This document shows, in pieces, positions 54,037 through 64,000 of a stretch of DNA of 64,000 bases (positions are counted from its first letter, which is position 1; each line of letters starts with the position of its first letter). The stretch comes from Azolla caroliniana (taxonomy: Eukaryota; Plantae; Polypodiophyta): the NCBI GenBank assembly GCA_043228905.1, contig JBHGNT010000022.1:5890001-5954000 (forward strand), read 5' to 3'. The notes under the pieces are model-generated. The model was not told where the DNA came from and ran no database searches. It worked only from the letters and a program-made list of their open reading frames with translations. Made by a program: the position numbers and the translations under genes.

Positions 54037-55454
54037 CTAAGAGACCTTTGGAAGAAGGAATGGGCTTTTGCATGCAACCGTGGTGTCTAAGACTGTTATA
54101 TTGTTATTGCATTTGTTAGCCCCTGGATACACCTCGGTTTGGCCGAGTGTGTCAACAGCATAACTTTGCACCAAAGCAAGAGTGGAGTAAAGTTGTGTCA
54201 TGACAGCGCCAACCTCGCCTGCATAAAACCAGGAAGCAACGTCCACGAGAGAGATTAAAGGATTGATGAATAGTGACATTCTTACAATTATTATTATAGC
54301 TGGCAACCATTATTAGAAGAGATTGAATCTATGGCATGAGTACTAACTTGTTTGGGCCTTATTCAAGTCAATGATGGTAATGCCATTGACAGTCTTGTTC
54401 AAATCAGTCCACTTTGAATTCGGAAGTTGCGGTATCAAATTGGCCGTACTAGCGACTCGATAACTTTGTAGGGTACTATTGAAGTTTGTCAGCACTTGCT
54501 TGGATAGCGCAGTCACGTTTCCCTCGTATTGAATCACCTGCTTCCCGGAAACCACGGATGGCGAGTAAACACCTATATATATACAAGGACAAGACAATGC
54601 ATGGGCGTCAGAGGAGCACAACCACCCCATACTAATTTCCTTAGGTAATCTCGGCGTATTAGAAAAAGGACAAGCAGCTAGTTGGTATAAGTTGGGACAA
54701 TCGGATGTGGTGTTTCATGCATTATTGACTGATTCTTTAATTGAATTGCAGTGTAGATGTTGGGTACCTTGAGAAAACACGGCCGCAGTGCATACACCGA
54801 TAAGCACAAGGGTGAGCACCCACGATGCGAATTGCTCTATGAACTGCTTCCAATTGACACCAGTTAGACCCTCCATGACACCGATTCCTACAATGGCTCC
54901 AACGATGCATTGGCTTGACGAGGTCGGTAATGTGTACTGTGCACCGATCATGATTATGAATGCTGTTGCTAGCTCCGCACACATGCCTCTAGTCGGAGAG
55001 AGCTTTGCGAGCTTAACACCCATGGCACGTGTGACATTGTACCCATAGGTGGCTAATCCAATGACCAGACCAATGGCTCCCACAAGAATGATCCATATCT
55101 ATTCACGTACACATGAATATTAGTCCGTGTGAATGCATATTGAAGCTAAGAAGCCATACAATTTTCCGGTATTGGACCTAAGGGTGACGCATAAATTATG
55201 GTCTATAATTAGATAGAGCGCCTTGCTTACCTGGGGTGTCACAGACTTGGTCAGCTTCCCAGTGGAGTAAACATCCCAAATGGTAGCCAGTGGGCCTGCC
55301 ATATAGCCTACTTCACCTGCCCCATGGGCAAAAATGACACAAATTGCAGAGAACACCTAGTAGCAAGCACACAACATCATGAATTGCATTAGCGGTGCTC
55401 TTTCTTTGGATGCGACATTACGTATTAGGATTGTAAATAACACGGAAGGAAGGA

Positions 55455-55487
<33 letters not shown>

Positions 55488-57894
55488 CGGGAACATGTAT
55501 ACAAAGAAAGTAGCATCCAGGGTTTCCAACCAATACATATATATGTATGTACAAGTACAAAGGGCAGCTCTCCAAACGACTCAGCGGCTAAAGGCTGAAG
55601 TTTAGGGTGTTGGGGTTTATGACCAATTTCTTATGATGGATGATCAATGAATATGCCAAGGTATGTATGGTGTTTGTTATCCTAATTATTTCACGCATTA
55701 TGAGGTGAATCGAAGTAGATAAGATCATCGTTTGGTGGTGCGAGAAGACAACATACCTGCAAATATGCAAAGACATACTCAACATGGGGATCAAACTTCT
55801 CGGCTGATTCATGAATTTTTGCGACGGTGGGATCCTCCTCCACAACCTTGTGGATATCAACGTTGAGTCCATGAGTGGCCATCTTAGAGAATCGCGCATA
55901 CCAGGTTGCAGGTTTCTTTTGGCCCTCCTCGCCTTCTTCTTGTTTTACGGGAACTGCTTGACCACCACCTTCCATGAGCTCAACTGGCGGGGCGATTTCC
56001 ATCGCGATTTTACTGCATTCAAGTTGTAACTCCCATGTTTGATTGATTTATCCATACATGCTACTAAACAAACAACATGGTATGTATTGCTTGTCGTAGG
56101 GAGCCTGGGAGGAATGGATTACAGTAATGAGTTTTATGTATTTATATATAGAAATACCTTTCGCGATCGATGCGTTTCTGGACGACACGCTTGAGGACCG
56201 GCACGATCACTACAGCTGTCACGATGAACAAAAACCCTGCGATGACTGCAGAGACCCATGTGGAGGTGGTGTCCGTCCAGTTGTCATTCTCTTTGGCAAT
56301 ATACTTCTTGGCTCCCTACCAATGGCATTCGTGCAGCAATATAGGTATAATATAGTTAGTTAGCTCCGTATGATATCAAAATCATGATGGGATGATGCGC
56401 TTTTTTATATTTTGGAACTTGACAATATTTGTGATACTGAATGTGGACGTGCAGCTAGCTAGCTAGCGGATGATGGTCCATCCAGGTAAAAAGAAAAATA
56501 CCTTGGTGAAGACAAAGTACATGTTGATCCAGGTGACGATGAACACGAGCGGGGGAAGGACCCAGAACGATAGGCGGAAGGCATTCTTTCTGCGAAGAAC
56601 GAACGTGCGCAGAAGGTAGAAGAATAATGCAGACGAAAGCGCAGAGAGTATGGGTGCGATGAACCAGCCCAAGACGATGGGCAGGACACCCTTGTATGGC
56701 GGAAAGCTGTTAGGATCTCGCACCGCCCACTTCACGCCATTACTTCCGTCGTACACGAACGAAAAGCCGATGATTCCACCGACTTATAGTCATCACACAC
56801 CAATTAAAAATTAATGATTTGGATTTAAGTCAGCCACAAGTACTAGACTTTTATTTCCTTCATCGGTAGTAGTAGTTTGCACTCTACAATAATCTGAGTA
56901 TTCTTTTCACGCATGGGCATATGGCCATGTATCTTATGAGTTATAATTAGATTAATTTATATCCGTCCGTCATTAAGAAATACATATATATATAACTAAT
57001 TAACTTACTGATGCTGTGTGTGGAGGAGACGTTGAGCCCCATGTATGACGTGATGATGAGCCAGACGGTACCCACCCACAACGCGCACGACATGCCATAC
57101 GCATAGACCTCGGGTTCTCGTGAAAAGCTAGTTATGTCTGCGATCCCACCCGCTATCGTGTTGGTCGAGACTCGCCCTAGCAACAGCGCGCCCGTGAACT
57201 CAAATATCGCAGCAATCTGGAGATCAAGACCAACCAATTGGCATGGCATTACATTACAGCTAATGAAATGAGTACGACACATGAATTTCTTATTTAGCCT
57301 GGTCATCCGTCAGTCTTAACCATGGCCCAAATTTAGCCCCTCCTAGAACCAACGCCCACTATTTCCCACATATATATCTATCTATATGCTCTCAATATTA
57401 TTAACTACATACATATATGCTCTGAATAGCAGGAAGCACTATTCAATAGCCCAAGGCAATAATTTCACATTCTCATCAACATCAATCACAAAGCTTCCAC
57501 CCTACAAACATTTAACATCCCATATTGAACATTGATAACTACTACTACAGTCTACTATGCTATGCAGCTAGGCTCATTGTGGTGCTGAGCTTCAATATTT
57601 CTTACGATTGTCGCTTGCTTGAGGGTTAATGCTTTGCTCCCGATCGACGTCCCAAATGCATTCGCCACATCATTCGCCCCTACATTAAATTAATAAATAC
57701 CGGACACAAGATTAGGATGGAGGATGGGACGGGATGCGATGGTCATCATCAAATCAAATCCATAGAATCAATTGATCAGATCAGATCAGATCAGATGAAC
57801 ATGGCCAGTGGATTGCACCTGTTCCCCATCCGAAGCCAAATGCGCCAATCGCCCCCACGATGACGAGCCACAAATATTCGCTCATCACAGCCAT
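54037..57894 (-). CDS. PTB: PiT/SLC20 (PHO4) family Na+/phosphate symporter, PTB type; 10 exons, 638 aa
   Basis: Exons 57894-57819, 57679-57606, 57216-57009, 56782-56502, 56315-56158, 56012-55757, 55356-55231, 55098-54768, 54572-54348 and 54218-54037. All introns are GT-AG and phase-consistent (1917 nt total). Motifs [38 protein letters not shown]. No N-terminal transit peptide. Confidence 0.92.
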
Positions 57895-60026
57895 TTTGAA
57901 GTCACACAGAGAAAGGGCGTTGGGCTAGAAGTGTGTAATTATATGTATGATATTGCTCAGTTTCGTTATCGATGAGGCTAACCATAATGAAACGCTTATT
58001 TATACATACAGAGGGGTTGTTGACTTTTGGTTTTCCGTAGTACGCAACACACCCAAGAATATTATAGGTACATTCCATGGAATATTCAAATTTTCGATTT
58101 TTGAAAGGGTAGAAGTGGGAGGGATTGGCGTTGGAAGAGCTCACAGCCACCCGATACCCTAATTGACCTACGTAGCTCGAATCTTTCAAACGTATAATAT
58201 TTTCGAGGTGACCTTAGTATGTACATATTTCCCTCTGGATATTGATTATTAGCCTATCTATTTATGCGTGACTTCTGTTTTTTTCGACCTTTTCTGCTTT
58301 TGAATTTTCATTAAGGTTTTGGTTTACTTGGTAACCACCAGTTTTATACGTCCTTGGAAATCCAGCAGATAGATTATGTACTTACCGCATTTACTCTATT
58401 AATATGAAGTACATGACATAAGCGAAAAACTTTGGCACCTCTACAGGAATGGCAAAATTTTCGGCAACCACAAGGAATGCTGAAAATCCCAACGTTAATT
58501 TATTGCCAGAATTTCATGCACTTATACAGTATTGCCAAAAGGCTTCGGCAATATGGAAGACATGTGGAGATTTCCGGCAGCGCAGGTATATCCTTTGAGA
58601 GAATCTGCAGAGATGCCAAAAAAATTATGACTCTGGGGTTCTTGTAATTCAGTTGTTGATACCTGTTCCAAGGGCCTTATTTTACACTCTACTAGGACAC
58701 AAAATGCACAAATGATCACTGAACCTTCCACATATATCTTCCAAAGCCCTAGGGCCTATAGAGCTTCTGTGCTAGAGAAGCCTATGCCAACTGGGTATTT
58801 TCTATACTTGTTTCTTGTCCTTTTGCTAGATCCTCGTGGTAAAGTTTATACGTGGTTTAGAAACTCCATTGAGATTTCCTTTCCACACAAACAATACAAG
58901 CATGTTGATGAACATGTTTCCTAACGCTTTTAGCTCTAATTGAAAGCATTCATGAGGTTTGTTATAAACACCATGATTCTTCTACGAGATTTATTAGAGA
59001 TAACAACTCAACATGAAAACCCAAGCCATGATTCCTCTAAACCCATGATTCTTATTCGAACATCCTGTTCTCACTTCTTCACCTACTCGTGGATAAACTA
59101 TAATTTTTAAAAATGAGCCTCACTGTTGTTGTCTATTAGACCATGGGTACCATTCCTTTTGATATCTCATGTACAATATGCACCTATGAAATTGATGAGG
59201 ATGCTACAAATAGGATGTTCTCATCGAGGATCTAATGAAATGTCGCCATTGAATTTCAATCATGAAGATAGATTTAACATATGCAACTCTAGCCCAGATA
59301 CAAACGACATTCACATAAACATACCCTAATGAGGATTTCAATACAATATTCTAAAAAGACATAATATTTCCATGAAGTAAACACTTCAATGAATATTGTG
59401 CCAACATTGGTTCAAGCATGATCTTACAAATAATCACACAACCCTATAGAAACATTAGACATCTTATCATGTATCAAAGCATATCACATGTAGGATTGCA
59501 TGACACGGAACAATGAAACATGATCAATATCAACGTTGTCATTTATGGAAATACTTTGGACACATTTATGTCGAAAGTTGTAAATATTACCAGAGACATT
59601 TTATCGTTGATGTTATAAAATGGAAAGTTCAGAGCTATATCTTTTGGACATCTGTGTTTCTTACCATGGATTGTTACACAATATCATGTTTTTATCTACA
59701 TCTCCGAAAACGAAACTCTTAACCATCCCATTAATCCAAAAAACAACCACCCTTGCCTCTTTACATCAAGAATTTCCTTTCCAAGTCTGTTTTATGTTGT
59801 GCCTTATATGATGCTTTATTTTCTTACAAAACAACAAATATAAAGAAAGAGCTAAATTAATCCCATATTGATTCACCAGAAACTAGACATTTTGTGACAA
59901 ATAATTTGTCGCTAATATTTTACATCATATAATAGATGGAGCTTTTGCAACTAGTAATTTGTGGTTCTACTAGGTCAATGAATGTACAGAGGGATCGCGT
60001 CATACCCAAAATCCACCTTATGCCTC

Positions 60027-60323
60027 TCATATAGTTCCTTCAAAGACGAGATAAAAATGGAGTGCAGTTCAAGAACCTGAAATATGGTCCAAAATCAAAA
60101 CCAATAGACTCAAGAAAGGGAACGAACAGTGTAAAAACAAGGTTGAAAATCAAATCTCTTTTTGAAAACAAGGTTGAAAATCAAATCATATAGTTCCTTC
60201 AAAGACGAGATAAAAATGGAGTGCAGTTCAAGAACCTGAAATATGGTCCAAAATCAAAACCAATAGACTCAAGAAAGGGAACGGACAATGTAAAAACAAG
60301 GTTGAAAATCAAATCTCTTTTTG
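60027..60323. repeat. 159-bp tandem duplication
   Basis: tcatatagttccttcaaagacgag... at 60027 and 60186. Confidence 0.88.
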
Positions 60324-61054
60324 GGTAGGATGGGGATTCTTTTTCATTTCAATTGGTTTCCAACAATGAAATGCATCGGGTGAGGAAAAGGAATAGGAGA
60401 GCTACATTAACAAGTGAAATCTCCATCTTTCAGAATAAAGATATAGAATAAAAAAGTCGGGTAAAATAGATAGAAACCCACCCAAACGTTCCCCAAAACA
60501 CAACTAGCGCAAATCGAAGATTCTGACACAACACATCATACATCTTGCCACTAGGCTTACACCATTTGTATATGCGAGCCTGGGGGAATACAAGAAACAA
60601 TATTCTATCTCAAATACCAAACACACTAATCACATTAAACTGATCCAAAGAATGAAATTCACGTGTCCGAAAACAAAACGGATGAAACCAATCCTTTTCA
60701 CGGATGTCTGAAATTCACGGATTTCCGAAAACAAAACGGAGATCCTGTTTCAATAGCCACATAGATGAAACCAATCCTTTTCTTTAGACACACAACCTAG
60801 TAAAGTGATCAGATCCAACCTTATGAAATAATACATTTTATTTAGACAACTTTAAAGAATCAAAAGTTTACAAAACATTAGTGATAGTGGAACCTACATG
60901 ATACATATATTACTAACCTCACAATCATGTTCCATAGATAACATCTCTCGAACACCTCTAGGGATTACAACATAGCTACAACCATTGCTTAGAAGGTTGT
61001 ACACAATTTTCTTAAAGGCTGGCACTAACCCCATTATTTCATCCTTTTCGGCTC

Positions 61055-61920
61055 TATCTCTCCCCCTCAAGTTTGGCATATCAAAGTGTTGGAGACCAAG
61101 CATCCTCGAGAGTTGGCGCAACTTGTCAAGACCTAAGGGTTTGGTGAAGATGTCTATAGTCTGCCAATCCGTCGGAACGTACACCAATTCAACTTCACCG
61201 GAGCAGACTCGTTCTTGGAAAAAGTGGTAATGCACCTGAATGTGCTTTGCCTGGCCATGGAAGATGGGGTTCTTCACCAGGTTGATGCTATTGAGGTTGT
61301 CGTAGTAGATCGTTTTCGGATCGAACACCTCCACCTGGAGATCCTTCTATACCCTCTTCAGCCATATGGCTTTGCACGTGGAGACAACCACCCCTCTATA
61401 CTCGGCCTCGGTGCTCGACAATGCCATTGTCAGCTGCTTTTTGCTACTGCAAGCGACCGTGGCACTTCCAAGTGAAAACTTGGAACCGGATGAAGACCTA
61501 CGGTCACTGGCATTTCCGGCCCAATCAACATCTGTAAAGCTAACAAGTTGTCTGTCTATACTGGACTGATACAACAACACCCGATCTTTAGTGCCACTGA
61601 CATATCACATTATCTGATGTGCGCGTTGAAGATGTTCGACGGTTTGCTGTGACATAAATAGGCTAAATAGTCCGACCGGATAACTTAGGTCCGATCGAGT
61701 GATCATCATATAGATAAGCCTCCCAACTATTTGCGAGAACCATGTCGCGTCGCATGTTGCTCCCGACCCTTGGCAAAGCTTAACATTTTGGTTGTGATGG
61801 ACTTGCATTCCGTCATACCGAATTTGAAGAACATACTCAACACATAATGGCGTTGACTGATCACTTCGATCCCTAAGAACTAATGAAGGTCATCAAGATC
61901 CTTCATTTCGAATGATGCCG
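61055..61920 (-). pseudogene. Degenerate Copia RT C-terminus/RNase H fragment
   Basis: ITRSDLSYPVG, FTDVDWAG, ALSSTEAEYR, KHIQVHYHF, DIFTKPL, ending LRG with a purine tract. Confidence 0.85.
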
Positions 61921-61939
61921 GTAGTTGGGACTTGACAAG

Positions 61940-64000
61940 TGTTGGGAAATCGGTGTCTCTGGATGGGATCTAGTAATGAATGAAGAGGACTCGGTGAGAA
62001 CAGGAAGAGATCCGGAAACCGGATCAGATGGACCCGGTGAGAACCGGAAGAGAAGACGTATTTGGAAATATGTTTTGAGTAAGCCTATTAAGGTTATATT
62101 TGTAAATAGCCCTATGTTTCATATAACTATAAATATTGTTTGTCTGTGTATAATTGTTAGATAGAGAGAGAGAGATACAGAGCGATACTCTATTGTAACC
62201 ACCGCTTGGCGAAGTTAAAGAGCTCGAGGTCGTTGCCTTTGAGTCTCTGATTGTACCCTTTTCTTCATAGGGATTGTTGGAGTCTGTGAAATCCCGTGGT
62301 TTCTCCCATTCAGGGATTTCCACGTAAACACCCATTGTACTCTCTATCGTTGTGTGTGTCTACGTGCGTCCACTCCCTATTTCCCATTTTTGTGTTTCAT
62401 TCTCATTGATGTGATTCAAGACTCGGTTGTGGCCGAGTAGTATTCCGTGTGATTATCTTCAATCTGGTATTAAAGCGAACAACACGGGAAATGGTAGAAT
62501 CGTTCGGCAGCATGTTCAAGCTCATCAGCTCCAATTACTTAGTGTGGAAGTCGAAGGTGAGGGATATGCTGGTGGTTGAAGATCTTTCTTTGCTGGTTCA
62601 GTTCGGGGACAAGAGACTGGATAAGATTGACGCCACATTGTGGGAGGTGATGCTCCAACTACTTAGTGTGGAAGTTGAAGATGAGGGATATGCTGGTGGT
62701 TAAAGATCTTTGGTTGCCAGTTTAGTTCGGGGAAAAGAGAGTGGATAAGATCGACACCACATTGTGGGAGGTGATGCACATGAAGATGACAACATACATC
62801 CAGTGCTTCATCGACATGAGCCTCTACAACAAATTCAATGAAGAGAGCAAGACTCATGAACTCTGGGGGAAGATTGGCATCATGTTCCAGAACAAGAATG
62901 CCGTTAATTGGGTTTCGGTATTCCGGATGCTAGTGAGGCTCCTGTACCAAGACGGCTCCAGTATGGTGGAGCACATGAATGCCTTCCAAGTACTGATACA
63001 CCATGCAACCTCGTTGGAAGTACCTCTCGCCGATGAGGTACTCCCATTAGTCCTACTCGGTTCCCTCTCGGATAGTTGGGAGACGCTAGTTGTCACATTG
63101 GGCTACGTCAGTCCGGAAGGAAAGTAGTTATCCCTAGCAAGGGTAAACTCAAGCTTGCTAGATGAAGAAGCTCGCCGGAAGGATCGGGAGTCCGGAACTG
63201 ATCGGAAGGCCTTGGTCACGGAAGATGACCACAACTGAGGAAGAGGCCGGTATCGGAGTCCCCAAAACCAGGACAAGTCGGGGATGAGGTCGAAGTCAAG
63301 AGTGAGGCCTACTTCCTTCTACTATGGGAAGCTAGGTCACTTCCAGAAGAACTGTTGGCATTTCCGCAAAGAGAAAGAAACCGACACCACCCATTCGAAG
63401 AAGAGTTCAGACCAAAACAGTTCGTACCGGAGAGGCCCTGATCGGAAAGGAACGTCGGCGATCGCGACAAGTGAAGAAGAACTGATGCTCATTACCGAGG
63501 AGAATGAGTTAAACCTTGTCGGTGACGAGACAACGTGGGTTGTTGATTCTGGAGTGTCATTCCACCTGACACTAGACCGGAGATGCTTCTCATCCTACAC
63601 AACCGGTGATCATGGTTGTGTTCAGATGGGGAATGAAGGTACATGCCGAATTGTCAGCATAGGAGATGTGTTGTTGATGACATCAACCAGATGCAAGTTG
63701 CTACTGAAGGATGTCCGACACGTTCCGGAGGTTCGACTGAACCTGATATCAGCCAGTTGGCTAGGTGATGAAGGCTACACGGGGGTAGCATCCGGAATGG
63801 AGTCATGAAATTCAGCAAAGAGAGACTAATTGTGTCTCGAGCCGGAAGGTCAACACACTATACTTGATGAATGCCTGGATACGCCGAGAAGAAGTGAACG
63901 TAGCATCCGACACTACCGGTGAGTTGTGGCACAAAAGACTGTGTCACATGAGTGAGAAGGTGATGAAGAGGCTTGCTGAAGACAATCTTATTCCGATGAA
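61940..64000 (+). mobile_element. Ty1/Copia element, 5' part (LTR 61940-62461, PBS, gag, protease), runs off window
   Basis: TGTTGG...CTTCA LTR; tggtattaaagc (decayed iMet PBS); gag from ATG 62491 with a 124-bp duplication (62528/62652); WVVDSGVSFH; LWHKRLCH. Confidence 0.88.

Overview
Eukaryotic land-plant DNA, probably a non-seed plant such as a fern (inferred from a PTB-type transporter and the retroelement lineages). It holds three host genes, all on the minus strand: a MORN-repeat PIP5K cut by the left edge (ATG 1472), an intronless EF-hand CML (31586-32254), and a 10-exon PTB-type PiT/SLC20 Na+/phosphate symporter (54037-57894, 638 aa). Most of the rest is nested transposable elements: several Ty1/Copia elements, non-chromoviral and chromoviral Ty3/Gypsy fragments, an L1-type LINE with a 14-bp TSD, and hAT-type non-autonomous elements. 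The most notable system is a tRNA-Trp-primed Ty3/Gypsy lineage, present as one young near-intact copy (13925-20940) plus solo LTRs and a Pol-less derivative. It makes 4-bp TSDs centred on CpG and appears to express RT-RH-INT by a -1 frameshift after the protease (G GAU UUU plus a predicted pseudoknot). One subfamily carries an antisense tRNA-like A-box/B-box cassette in its LTRs and a U3 repeat module shared with Copia LTRs. All coordinates were read by eye and no database search was run.
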